Below, one piece after another: positions 17,240 to 26,700 of a stretch of DNA of 64,000 bases. A program made the translations under genes and the position numbers. The stretch lies in the IMG/VR virus record IMGVR_UViG_3300045996_003284, positions 1-64,000 of that record. The stretch is one strand, 5' to 3'. Source of the DNA: a virus. Under the pieces are notes generated by a model. That model ran no database searches, was not told the origin of the DNA, and was given only the letters and a program-made list of their open reading frames with translations. Positions within the stretch are counted from its first letter, which is position 1; each line of letters begins with the position of its first letter.

Positions 17240-17467
17240 TCAAATTTCCAGATCATCCGGAAACGGTGACTGAAGCTCGCGCCGCGCGTCCCGGATACGT
17301 TCCGTCCAGACCTCCAGTTCGGCCAGCGTTGGACCACGATTTTGCGCGATCATCCGTTCCAGGTCGTTTCGGGTTTGCTCATAGGCAGCCAGCGCTGATG
17401 GGATCTGCTTGAGAGCCAGAGCCGTCAGTTCCATCAGGGCAAGCGCGGTGGCGGCGGGGATCATCAC
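17240..17467 (-). CDS. Small lysis-region protein
   Basis: Coupled to upstream lipoprotein; hydrophobic N-terminus, helical C-terminus. Confidence 0.55.
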   Translation of the reverse strand: MMIPAATALALMELTALALKQIPSALAAYEQTRNDLERMIAQNRGPTLAELEVWTERIRDARRELQSPFPDDLEI

Positions 17468-17967
17468 AACCGTCCTTCCTTTTTCATCTGCTCTGCAAGA
17501 TGGTTCTGCAGGCGGCGCTTGATCTGGTCCAACGCCTCAATGGCTTCCTCCAGCATGTCCGCGTCGCCGTCGGCAACGGCCAGGGTGCCGTACTCCTGTA
17601 TCTCCATGGCTTCGCGGTCAAGCTTTGCCATGGCAAGCACGGCAGCCCGGCAATCCGTCTGAAGGATACGAGGCTTGGCCAGACATTCCCGGCGGTAGGT
17701 TGCGGCGCTTTCAACGACCACCGTGTAGGCCGCCATAGCCGCGTACCATGCCTGTCCGGGCGTCTGGGGCCTTGGTGGCGTCGGAGTGGCGCAGCCCGTC
17801 AGAAGGACTGCCACAAGGGCAATGAAAAGAATTATACGCCGGTTGGCAAAACTTGTTCGGATACCTCGACGCAAACACCCTTTGGCAGCAGACCGCCAAG
17901 GTCCGCTGCCTAATGTATAGAGTTGAGCGGCAAGACTCTTGACCATAAGCTTCCATGTGACGTTCAT
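17464..17967 (-). CDS. Lipoprotein, possible spanin-like lysis accessory (possible TTG start at 17874)
   Basis: IILFIALVAVLLTGC lipobox; downstream of endolysin. Confidence 0.6.
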   Translation of the reverse strand: MNVTWKLMVKSLAAQLYTLGSGPWRSAAKGCLRRGIRTSFANRRIILFIALVAVLLTGCATPTPPRPQTPGQAWYAAMAAYTVVVESAATYRRECLAKPRILQTDCRAAVLAMAKLDREAMEIQEYGTLAVADGDADMLEEAIEALDQIKRRLQNHLAEQMKKEGRL

Positions 17968-18110
17968 CGAGACTTCTCTTGATCCTGATTTTCTAAGAAC
18001 TCATCCACGATACGCCTCAGATACTCAGCGAGTGAGATGCCGCGCTTCTTCGCTTGTTCGACCAATTTTTCCGCCTGTGGATCGCTGAGACTGACATTAA
18101 ACCGTTTCAT
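17964..18110 (-). CDS. CopG/RHH transcriptional regulator
   Basis: MKRFNVSLSDPQAEKLVEQAKKRGISLAEYLRRIVDEFL. Confidence 0.85.
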   Translation of the reverse strand: MKRFNVSLSDPQAEKLVEQAKKRGISLAEYLRRIVDEFLENQDQEKSR

Positions 18111-18149
18111 GCTGATACCCCTGATCGACCTTGAACAAAGGCGATCGTC

Positions 18150-18240
18150 CCGCACGGTTATGGGTATGTCAAGTGCCATTTATTCCCTAATGTGGCACAT
18201 TAATGTGTTGCCATTTCCTCTGGGTGAGGTAAATTGGCAA
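18150..18240. promoter_or_regulatory. Divergent promoter region with palindromic operator
   Basis: Minus strand TTGACA-N17-GACGAT; plus strand TTGCCA-N16-TAAATT; perfect palindrome CACATTAATGTG at 18196-18207. Confidence 0.5.
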
Positions 18241-18277
18241 TCAGCAACTCGCTAAAACCCGCTATCCAGAGGATGTC

Positions 18278-18595
18278 ATGAGCACCATTACCAAAGCCGA
18301 GCAGGTCCGCAGGCAGTACGTCACCGTTGTTCATCTCGCTCGATCGTTGGCTACGGTCTATGAGCAGTCGGCTTTTATGGCGCACAATGAGACAGACGAT
18401 GGCCTACTCCAAATCATGGGAAATTTGAGCGCCGAGGCCATGGAAATTCTGGGAGACATTCTTAACGGGATGGAAGCTGGCTTTGATTCCGTCTCGGAAG
18501 ATGATGCCAATTTGGGCAATGCATTCAACGTGAATGATGTGTTCGACATGGCTCACATCATGTTTCCGGTTAAAAGCGCCAGGAGCTTGAGATAA
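18278..18595 (+). CDS. Hypothetical protein (moron)
   Basis: GAGG RBS, 105 aa, opposite strand to the phage late genes. Confidence 0.6.
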   Translation: MSTITKAEQVRRQYVTVVHLARSLATVYEQSAFMAHNETDDGLLQIMGNLSAEAMEILGDILNGMEAGFDSVSEDDANLGNAFNVNDVFDMAHIMFPVKSARSLR

Positions 18596-18627
18596 CGCCC
18601 GGTTCCAAGCAGGCAACAGGAGATGAA

Positions 18628-18825
18628 ATGAGCGTCTTTAAGATCATTCGCGATGCCGTAACCTATTCCGAATTGATCGGTGAATCCGTCGGTCCTAACG
18701 TTGGGTTATGGATCATCGAAGATGAGAACGGGGAGATTATCGAAGGCCCGTTTGACACCAAGCGGGATGCTGAAGAGTATCTAAAAAGCAGAGAGAACTC
18801 GCGCCAGTTCTATGCCGAAAAATAA
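18628..18825 (+). CDS. Hypothetical small acidic protein (moron)
   Basis: AGGAG RBS; WIIEDENGEIIEGPFDTKRDAEEYL. Confidence 0.65.
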   Translation: MSVFKIIRDAVTYSELIGESVGPNVGLWIIEDENGEIIEGPFDTKRDAEEYLKSRENSRQFYAEK

Positions 18826-18859
18826 ACCGCCCGGTTCACCCCTGCCAGGATCAGACCGA

Positions 18860-19630
18860 TCAGGCACACGTTCCCGGTGGCGGCAAAGTGGCGCGGTTGC
18901 GGGTAAAATAGGCGAACAGATAAGCGCAGGCGGTCGAGATCATCCCGGCAAGGCCGATGGCAACCTCTGCTTCCATGGGGGTATCCGGCATCGCTTTGTT
19001 CCATAAGGCCTGGAGGACGAAGGCCAGCGGGATGCCAACAAAGACACCGCCGACGGGAATGGCGTTGACCTTGCGAGTTGGCAACGCAGTCGGCTGGTCT
19101 ACCAGCGGCGGGACCGGTTTCTCTCCCGGTGGCGCGGTGGGAACCGGAACCGGCGACGGAACGCCGGGGGCGGCGGGCAGCGGAGCCACGACCCGCGTTC
19201 CGGTGTAAGCGGCGGCCACCGCTGTCGCGATCGTCTCTTCGGTATAGGGTACGCTCCCGATTTCCTCCGGCATCATCGCGACCACCAGGGCGCTCAGGAT
19301 AGCCGGATCTTCCAGGTCAAGTTCAGCATCCGCCGCGACGTTGAGACGCTGCGCCACTCGGCTGATGTAGCTTCCGGTGTCATTATCATCCTCCGGCGGC
19401 GCCCAGCGGCGGACAATGCCCTGGACCGTTCGGAGCTTGTGCTTGCGGTAATAGGTCAGCAGGTTACGGGCGGCAGCACGGATGCCGTGATGGGCATCCT
19501 CGAACGCGACGTAGTCGCTGTCCGGCTGATGGGCCGCCTTGCCATGCCAGGCAATTTCGGAATGCCGGAGGTTTAACGGGTTGTTTACTCTTAACCCACG
19601 TGGCAGACCAGTCTGATAAACGGAAGCCAT
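18860..19630 (-). CDS. Endolysin (lysozyme-like, 'structural protein P5' type) with C-terminal two-TM holin-like domain
   Basis: RGLRVNNPLNLR, FEDAHHGIRA, IVRRWAPP...NDTGSYI; Pro-rich linker; PTRKV plus two hydrophobic helices. Confidence 0.8.
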   Translation of the reverse strand: MASVYQTGLPRGLRVNNPLNLRHSEIAWHGKAAHQPDSDYVAFEDAHHGIRAAARNLLTYYRKHKLRTVQGIVRRWAPPEDDNDTGSYISRVAQRLNVAADAELDLEDPAILSALVVAMMPEEIGSVPYTEETIATAVAAAYTGTRVVAPLPAAPGVPSPVPVPTAPPGEKPVPPLVDQPTALPTRKVNAIPVGGVFVGIPLAFVLQALWNKAMPDTPMEAEVAIGLAGMISTACAYLFAYFTRNRATLPPPGTCA

Positions 19631-19695
19631 GGAAAAACTCGCGCGCAGGAACCGCGCCGAATACGGGCGGGCGGTTACGGTTTAGGTGAAGCCGC

Positions 19696-20184
19696 CTAGC
19701 GTGCCTGGTTGAGCCGGTGCTGCGGCAGGGAAAACGACACGTCAGGGGGTGCCACGATGATTGGGAAAAACTTCTGCAAGGGGTTGCAGTAGTACTCGAT
19801 GCGAACGCGGTACGAGGCCGTATGGTCAAGCCAGTCGGGAATCTCGAAGGTAACGCGCCACGTCAGGGGATCGCCGTCGTCCGGTATGATCGGCCCTTGA
19901 TACTCAATCTCGCGCGATGACAGTGGAATCACCACGCCGTTGACGATCCAGTGGTAAGCTCTTCCGGAACAACTGCGGGTTTGCACACCGCGCCACTCGA
20001 TATGCCCGATGTTGGGAGAGACCTGATCCCATCCGATGAATTTTCCCGTCACACCCATCATCGGCGGACGGCGGTCGATCAGCCAGTATCCCAGCAGGCC
20101 AACCACGATGACGATGGTGAGCGCAAAGAAATGACCGACATAGAGAAATCGGCGTTCCGGGCTTCGGACAACATCGTTGACCAT
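19696..20184 (-). CDS. Membrane-anchored lysis-cassette protein
   Basis: N-terminal TM, periplasmic beta domain with two Cys (RSCSG, YYCNPLQ). Confidence 0.6.
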   Translation of the reverse strand: MVNDVVRSPERRFLYVGHFFALTIVIVVGLLGYWLIDRRPPMMGVTGKFIGWDQVSPNIGHIEWRGVQTRSCSGRAYHWIVNGVVIPLSSREIEYQGPIIPDDGDPLTWRVTFEIPDWLDHTASYRVRIEYYCNPLQKFFPIIVAPPDVSFSLPQHRLNQAR

Positions 20185-20191
20185 GGAAACC

Positions 20192-20458
20192 TCAAGGGGG
20201 GGATGGGGGGCTTTTGAGGACGAGGGTGATCAGGGCACCAACGACGGAGGTGGCGATCAGACAGAGGACGGCGAGGATGAAGTTCTCGACACGAGAAAAG
20301 CGTTTGTCGTTTGCCTCACGGATATCCTTGAGATCGCGGTCTACCTGTTCGTGAATGTCCTTGACTTCCTTGTCGACGCGCCTTTCAAGCTGAGCCACCC
20401 GATAGCGCAGAACTCCGATGTCATTGGACGGGGGCCTTTCCTCGGGATCATTATCCAT
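20192..20458 (-). CDS. Holin-like protein (coiled coil plus C-terminal TM)
   Basis: RVAQLERRVDK coiled coil then FILAVLCLIATSVVGALITLVL; first gene of lysis cassette. Confidence 0.6.
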   Translation of the reverse strand: MDNDPEERPPSNDIGVLRYRVAQLERRVDKEVKDIHEQVDRDLKDIREANDKRFSRVENFILAVLCLIATSVVGALITLVLKSPPSPP

Positions 20459-20552
20459 TTTTGCTCGCGAGCTCCGGTAAAAGGCGCGAGAAGGCATCGT
20501 CCAACACCAGGATTGACATGCGCTCTCGTGGATTGTCTAGGAGGGGGAGGGC

Positions 20553-21629
20553 TTAGGGAGGTGCGTTGCTGGAGAGCCAGACGCGCGGCGCGCTGTTGGT
20601 GTTGATCGCGGCCAGATTATGGTGGTTCAGCATGTTTCCAGAAATGTTCAGGTCGCTGGACGTGGCATCCGCTTCAATAGAGTGCTTGTGGCGCAAAGTG
20701 TTCCAGGACATGACCTGATTGCCCGTGATATTCCAGTTGGCCGACGCGATCAGCCGCAGGGCAGAATAGGTTCCGGTCGCGGCCTGACTGTTTGTATGGA
20801 TAAAATTGCCGTTGAACACGCACCAGTTTGACAAATTGGCGTAAATCCCTTCCTCCCGGCTTTCCTCGAACCGGTTGCCGATGATTCTGAGCATATCGGA
20901 GTTTTCAAGCCTCAGAGCGTACCGGTTATTCCAATGTTCGTTCCCGACATACTGCCCCGCGTGTGAATTGTGTAAGTAACATCCGGCCGTGGAATAGGGA
21001 CCGGTGCCGCCGCCGAAAGCATTGTTGACGATGACAGGGTCGTGTGCCCAAAACATGTACAATTGTTCCAGACCATTTTCAAGAAATAGGCACCGCGTGA
21101 CGCGATTGCCGGACTGAGGGATTGCCTCAGTGCCGCTGAATGCCAAGCCGTGCCCCCCAGCGTTGATCGCGAAAAAGCACCGATCGACATTGTTGGACCC
21201 ATTTATACCCCAAAAGATGACGCCACTGCCGGTGCCGCTGCCGTGCTGGAAGGCCAATTCCTCGATTGAGCAAAAGGTGGCATCGTAGAGTTCGAGGACC
21301 GCGCCGTTGCCGAAACGCCGGATGGTGGTGTTGGTACCGCCCTCGCCGATGAGCCGGATATTCGTGGCGTTGGGAATGGACAAAACAGAGGTTGTACGGT
21401 AGAGGCCCGCCGGGAAGAAAACTGTCTTCCAAGCGTTTTGGCTGAGTGCCGCCTGGATAGCCGCGGTATCATCTGCCACACCGTCCCCCACAGCCCCGTA
21501 CTGCCGCACGGAAACGGCGGACCGGCCTTCTACCGTATCAATAAGATTGTAGATATCCTCTCCGGATATCCCGCCAACCGCGTTGAGCGGCATATCCGCC
21601 TTAAGACTGGACACAAGCTTGGCAACCAT
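20553..21629 (-). CDS. Tailspike-like beta-helix protein (pectate lyase 3-type N-motif)
   Basis: VSVRQYGAVGDGVADDTAAIQAAL..TVFFPAGLY, many I.GN repeats. Confidence 0.85.
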   Translation of the reverse strand: MVAKLVSSLKADMPLNAVGGISGEDIYNLIDTVEGRSAVSVRQYGAVGDGVADDTAAIQAALSQNAWKTVFFPAGLYRTTSVLSIPNATNIRLIGEGGTNTTIRRFGNGAVLELYDATFCSIEELAFQHGSGTGSGVIFWGINGSNNVDRCFFAINAGGHGLAFSGTEAIPQSGNRVTRCLFLENGLEQLYMFWAHDPVIVNNAFGGGTGPYSTAGCYLHNSHAGQYVGNEHWNNRYALRLENSDMLRIIGNRFEESREEGIYANLSNWCVFNGNFIHTNSQAATGTYSALRLIASANWNITGNQVMSWNTLRHKHSIEADATSSDLNISGNMLNHHNLAAINTNSAPRVWLSSNAPP

Positions 21630-21638
21630 AGCGACTCC

Positions 21639-22325
21639 TCAGCCCGACAGAACCGAACCGTAGAAATGATTGGTGAACTGGTTGGTGAAAAGGTTCGCGG
21701 GGGCGTTCGGATCGATGATCGTGACAATCCCGAGAGCGTTTCCGAGCGTGCATCCAGACGCCTGGATCAACTCAACCGCCAAATCCTCGCGCATCTCGGA
21801 CCGGGTGTCGCCGACCGTTGATAGGACGGCGGACTGTGTGCCGACCCCGGCTGCGAAGGTCAGAGTCTGCTGGAAGGCTGTGTAGTCCTCTGCGGGCGCG
21901 GCACTCAGCGCCACCGTCCGGATGGTGACGGAGCATGGTCCGCCGTTCGATTTCGTCACCGGAATCGCCAGTGTCTGACCCTCAATAACACTCAGCGCCT
22001 GCGGAATGCTGACAACTGGCAGCACCCCGCCACCCGATGTCGGCATATAGCCAAGATTGCTGGACACCTGGATAGCGTCGGCCTCGTCGAGCGGAGCACG
22101 CCAAGCCCGGATTTCCTGGATCAACAGGCTGGCCGGCTCAAGACCGGACGGAACGGTGGCACCGAAGCGCAGCACGGATACCGTGCCCGTGGTCAGGTCA
22201 TCCCCGGCCGCGGCTGATTGCTCGCTGACTTTCCCCCCGCCGGCGTACAGAGCCACCTTCACCCCGGCCTCCACCGTCAAGACGGCGGTCGTGATGATTC
22301 CGACCGGATCGTTCTGGAACGCCAC
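21639..22325 (-). CDS. C-terminal fragment of fibre protein (half LamG-like domain plus Calx-beta)
   Basis: LRFGA...LLIQEIRAW; SVIEGQTLAIPVTKS...SA.PAEDY..FQQTLTFAAG Calx-beta; completes the second repeat of the upstream gene. Confidence 0.65.
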   Translation of the reverse strand: MAFQNDPVGIITTAVLTVEAGVKVALYAGGGKVSEQSAAAGDDLTTGTVSVLRFGATVPSGLEPASLLIQEIRAWRAPLDEADAIQVSSNLGYMPTSGGGVLPVVSIPQALSVIEGQTLAIPVTKSNGGPCSVTIRTVALSAAPAEDYTAFQQTLTFAAGVGTQSAVLSTVGDTRSEMREDLAVELIQASGCTLGNALGIVTIIDPNAPANLFTNQFTNHFYGSVLSG

Positions 22326-22487
22326 TGGTCAGGAACCCGCGCGGCGAATATCGATCGACGACAGCAGCGTCGGTGCCTGGGCAAAGGACAGTTGGCTGCC
22401 GGTATAACTCAGTGATTGCATACTGCCTCCGAAAATGCGGACTTCAAGGCAAGCCGGCGCCGGTAAGGATGAAGGACCCGAGCGATG

Positions 22488-25193
22488 TCAGGCTGGATCA
22501 TCGGCGGTCAGGACATCACCGTGTGAGAACACGCCGTTGACACCGCCTTCCGTATCCTTCGCCATCCAGATTCTCTGGACCGTTGGGGTGTCACGCAGCC
22601 GGATGAAGCGGATGCCAAGTGTGTAGTTGGCCTGTTGGTACCAGATCCCTGACGCCATCAGGATGTCGGCGGCACGGTGCGTCCGAGCAACGGCGCCGGT
22701 CACGAGGATGGGCGACGACATGTTGGCGGCCGGCTCAACCTGAAGATGGCAGAGATCGAAACCGTTGCTGGGATCGCCGGCCAGCGTTGTGAGCTGCGTG
22801 GAGTCGGTGACTGTCACCGTGACCTGGGGGGCAACGTTGGCGGTGATACTCTGCGTGCGGGTAAGAGCGACGCGGTACCAGCCGACCATGATGGGATCGT
22901 TCTCCACCGTCGCAGTGACCCCAGAATCGACGGCCAGAACGGTGCCAGCCCCAACCAGATCGACATGTGTGGCACGGACAATGTTGTCGATGCCCCGGAA
23001 GGTCAATCGCAACCAGCGGCGGTTGACGGGGCGGAGAATCACCGAAACGGTTACGGTTCCGGTCGGAATATCGCAGTTGGCCGAGGTCAGGGTCACCGAG
23101 ATGCGGTGTTCGGCAGTCGTTGCGGTCTCTCGGAAGCGGAGATAGCGAGTTCCGGTTGGCGATGAAGTGTTGGGATCGATGATCGGGAACTCGCCGGTAA
23201 ACTCACGGCTAAAGTCTTGGCTAAAGCCCTGAGCATCGGCGACATCATATTCGAAGTTGTACTCTTCTGTAAACTCGTGCACCGGCTCCGGAGAGACGTA
23301 TTCGGGACTGTACTCATCGCTGAACTCACGGACAGCGGTTTCCGCCACAGCGGAGGACAGTGCGAGGACGCCCGCGGAAGGAATCCAGCCCGGATCGAAG
23401 CTGTCGAACAACCTCTGCTCGGCTGCCGATGCTTCCATCAGGAGACCGGACACGCCGGGAGCCGTGTAGTGCCGACGGAAGCCGTTGGCCGGGATCGCCG
23501 TCCACATTCCAAACTCATTGCGCGACCAGGCGGTTGAGGATCGTGAAAGGCTGAGCCCGTCCGGCAGCGCGGTGGTCAGGACCAGGCGGGTCGAGGTGTC
23601 TAAGCTGGCGCTTTCGGTACTGAGCAACAGCACGTTACAGACACCGTTTCCGATGGTGACGCCCGCGCCAGCCTGGATCTCGATCCGGAAGGTCCGGTCG
23701 GAGATGACGCTGCGCGTGAGCAGGCCGACCGTGATGACGGCCGAACTCTGTCCAACCGCGAAGGTGACCGTTCCCTGAGATCCCACATAATCACGGGAAG
23801 CCAGGGCGGTGCCGTCAAGGGTGCGGTAGGTGACCGTGCCTCCGGTCGGCTTTCCAATCAGGACGACCAGCAGGCTGACGGTTGTCGCGGCGGGCAAAAC
23901 GGTCAGGTCAGGTTGAACGGTAGCCTCTGGAACGATTGCCGCGACACCCGTCTGTGACAAATCCACGGAGTAGGACTGGACCGCCGACAAAGCCAGTGCG
24001 GTGTTCCAAAATTTGAGGCGGCGCAACAGCATCGGCATGGCTCGGCTGCCGTCGCTGCGCGCGCCGATGCGGAACGTGGTGAAAGATGAGGCAGCCGTTC
24101 CGGTGCCGTCGCTGCCCAGGATGAAACCGTCCTGTGATAGCAGAAATCCGTTGGTAGCGTTGGTGAAGACGACCGTGCGCGCCGTGGTGGGCGGCGGTGC
24201 CGGACCGGACAGGTTGGTCGACACGGTGCCGCCGGTCGAGACGCTGTAGATGATGCTCGAGGCATCGTTGTCGATCTGGATGGAATCCGCGCCGGACAGA
24301 TGCAGCACAGTAGCGGAACCGGAGGCATACGGAATGTACTCGACTCCGAATGTCTTGTCGCCGGACGTGACCCAGTCCACTGAAGTGGTCAGGATATCAG
24401 CCGGGCGGATGACAGTGGATGTTCCGGTGTTGAGGATCGGCGAGGTAACCTCACTGCCAACTTCAGCGCCCGCGTAGGCCAACCAGAAGCCGCTGGTACC
24501 ATCGCCGCTGAAGGCCCGGTTGCCACCAGGATCGTAGACGTTCATTTGGAGCGCCGGAGCCGTGGTTCCGGTGCCGTAATCGTTGACCGCCGTTAGAGTG
24601 TAGAATCCATCGGTGTCACGCGTGATTGACGCGCCGGCCAGCCCGTTGCTGCTGATAACGGCGCCGTTGCCTTGAAGAAGAAAGCGGGCACTCGCGATGG
24701 CCCCGCTTTTGGCGGTCAGGAACAGGCCGATGCTGCTGTAGGTCCCAGTCGGCTTAAGAACGGCGGTGACCGCGATGGTAACTGCGTCCGGCAAGACTGC
24801 CGCGTGGCTGGCGTTGCCGAAGATGCAGTCCCATCCGTGAAACGCGTTGGTTGTGTTCGGGGTAATTCGGAGCGCGCCAGAACCAAACGGAGTCTGTACC
24901 GTGGAATCCTGCACCAAGGTGGCTTGAACCGACGTGAAGGTCGGCTGGCGGGTCCGAAAGATCAGTTGGGTGCGCGCCGGTTCGACGATCGTGTAAGGAC
25001 CGTTGAGCGTGATCGGATGGTACCAGGTCCGCGGCTGGTTGGCGGCGACGGCAACCCAGCGTCCGCTGTTGTTGCGGCCCAGAGCCACAGCATCCCGTTG
25101 CAGGGTGATGCCAGTCGGGACCGCGCCGCCGAACTCGAAAGTCCGGGATGCCGCCGGCAGGATCTCGTTCGTATCTTCTTGGAAGAACCACAT
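22488..25193 (-). CDS. Phage fibre protein with two spike-fibre/LamG-like repeats and Calx-beta; 3' end interrupted
   Basis: Duplicated unit (L.L.R...A..RN..G.W.A..AN..R ... Q/A.VE....SPIL.TG....R.ADIL); TVTYRTLDGTALASRDY Calx-beta. Confidence 0.75.
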   Translation of the reverse strand: MWFFQEDTNEILPAASRTFEFGGAVPTGITLQRDAVALGRNNSGRWVAVAANQPRTWYHPITLNGPYTIVEPARTQLIFRTRQPTFTSVQATLVQDSTVQTPFGSGALRITPNTTNAFHGWDCIFGNASHAAVLPDAVTIAVTAVLKPTGTYSSIGLFLTAKSGAIASARFLLQGNGAVISSNGLAGASITRDTDGFYTLTAVNDYGTGTTAPALQMNVYDPGGNRAFSGDGTSGFWLAYAGAEVGSEVTSPILNTGTSTVIRPADILTTSVDWVTSGDKTFGVEYIPYASGSATVLHLSGADSIQIDNDASSIIYSVSTGGTVSTNLSGPAPPPTTARTVVFTNATNGFLLSQDGFILGSDGTGTAASSFTTFRIGARSDGSRAMPMLLRRLKFWNTALALSAVQSYSVDLSQTGVAAIVPEATVQPDLTVLPAATTVSLLVVLIGKPTGGTVTYRTLDGTALASRDYVGSQGTVTFAVGQSSAVITVGLLTRSVISDRTFRIEIQAGAGVTIGNGVCNVLLLSTESASLDTSTRLVLTTALPDGLSLSRSSTAWSRNEFGMWTAIPANGFRRHYTAPGVSGLLMEASAAEQRLFDSFDPGWIPSAGVLALSSAVAETAVREFSDEYSPEYVSPEPVHEFTEEYNFEYDVADAQGFSQDFSREFTGEFPIIDPNTSSPTGTRYLRFRETATTAEHRISVTLTSANCDIPTGTVTVSVILRPVNRRWLRLTFRGIDNIVRATHVDLVGAGTVLAVDSGVTATVENDPIMVGWYRVALTRTQSITANVAPQVTVTVTDSTQLTTLAGDPSNGFDLCHLQVEPAANMSSPILVTGAVARTHRAADILMASGIWYQQANYTLGIRFIRLRDTPTVQRIWMAKDTEGGVNGVFSHGDVLTADDPA

Positions 25194-25195
25194 TG

Positions 25196-26662
25196 CTAGG
25201 CGCTGGTGTGAGCGATGGAAAAACTGAAGTCAGCGGCATCCGCGGTGATCGGCGTCAGCCGCAGTGTCAGCCGAGAACCAACCTGAACCTGAACAGGGCT
25301 GGATGGTGCCACCTCAGCGACACCGAGAGATGTCGCGATGCCAGAGATTGGCGTCCCGCCAACCGGTGTGGCTCCGAGAAACAATTCGAAATTGACCGAT
25401 CCGGAGATGCAAGTTGCCGCCATTGAACTGATGCTAATGGCGTGGTTGGCGCGCAGAATCAGCGTGTAGGATTTGACCTTGGGCCTTTCGATCATACCGC
25501 TAAGAGTGCCGGCAACACCGATAATGCGGCGTCCGGACAACGTGAGGTCACCGCCCAGACGCGGAGTTGGATCCGCCTGGAGGGTGGCGATACCCGGAGC
25601 CGGCGGGGTATAAGGGCGCCACAGGTTGTCACTTTCCAAGCGCAGGCTCTGACCGACGGTGGCGCTGGCCAGGCTGGTGTCTGGGCTGTCAACCAGTTTC
25701 TGAGCGCGGCGTCCGATGGTGTACTGACCGGACGCCTCGCCGGTCACCGTGAACTGGTTGGGATCGAACAGCAGCGAGCGTAGCCTCAGCGAAACGCCCG
25801 ACTTGTCGGAGAAGATGCGGACGACGGTGGCACCAGTCGCGCCGAGGTTTTCAGCCGTGTTGGCCTCGCCGCCGCCGGGTGTGCTAGTGCCGCTGATGAC
25901 GATGTCGTTGCCATCGCGCACCACCGAGACGCCGTTAAAACCGCGCAACCCGTAGGTGTTGAGTACGGTACCGGTCTTGGGTGCAGCAATTGAGACGGCC
26001 TGCCCGGCAGCCAGGCTACCGAGGGTGTTGACCTCGCCCGGCGCCGGACTGCTGATCGTGATATCGCTGGCGTTCTCGGTCACCGTAATACCACCGGTGG
26101 ACCGGAGTCGACGGAAGCTGTGGACGGTGCCGGTGTTGCCGGCGTAGACAGCGGCGGCTCCCGTCTCCGAGGTCAGGTTGACGATCGAGATGGCGAACTC
26201 GCCGGGAGCGGTGAATCCGTAAGTACCATCGGGTAGCTTGGCCAGAAGTTGTCCAGGCGTCGCGGTGGTGCTCGCAAGGTCCGTGATGTCACGCATCCGG
26301 ATCGTGCGATCCCCGCCGTCCACCGATCCCAGGGCTCCGGTCAGGTCAGCGTCGATCTCGTAGATCGTGCGGCGGAAGACTGAGACCGCGTCGATGTCAC
26401 CGGGTGCTGGGACAGCGTAGCCTCTCGGCGTGAAGTCGCGGGTGACCCAATAGTTGGCGTTCGACCGACTGAGGCCTTGGTAGGTGCCCGTTAGGATGAT
26501 TTCGGTATCGGAAATGACAACGGCAACTGTGTATGTCAGGCCGTCGCCGTCCGCCATAAACCAATCGCCGGACTCGATGTTGATCAGCCAAGCGGTGCCA
26601 GTTCCAAGGACCGTAGGAGATCCGTTAGATACCGTGACTGTGCCGGTGCGGTACTGCGGCAT
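25196..26662 (-). CDS. Tail fibre protein
   Basis: MPQYRTGTVTVSNGSPTVLGTGTAW fibre N-terminus; GEVNT/GEANTAENLG...LRSL shaft repeats. Confidence 0.8.
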   Translation of the reverse strand: MPQYRTGTVTVSNGSPTVLGTGTAWLINIESGDWFMADGDGLTYTVAVVISDTEIILTGTYQGLSRSNANYWVTRDFTPRGYAVPAPGDIDAVSVFRRTIYEIDADLTGALGSVDGGDRTIRMRDITDLASTTATPGQLLAKLPDGTYGFTAPGEFAISIVNLTSETGAAAVYAGNTGTVHSFRRLRSTGGITVTENASDITISSPAPGEVNTLGSLAAGQAVSIAAPKTGTVLNTYGLRGFNGVSVVRDGNDIVISGTSTPGGGEANTAENLGATGATVVRIFSDKSGVSLRLRSLLFDPNQFTVTGEASGQYTIGRRAQKLVDSPDTSLASATVGQSLRLESDNLWRPYTPPAPGIATLQADPTPRLGGDLTLSGRRIIGVAGTLSGMIERPKVKSYTLILRANHAISISSMAATCISGSVNFELFLGATPVGGTPISGIATSLGVAEVAPSSPVQVQVGSRLTLRLTPITADAADFSFSIAHTSA

Positions 26663-26700
26663 CGGGAACTCCGGAAATGTGGGAAGTCCGCGCGAACGGA

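Noticed and set aside
22329-22331. Genome-wide TGA recoding
   Set aside because: TGA is used as a normal stop in many well-bounded genes; only one in-frame case seen
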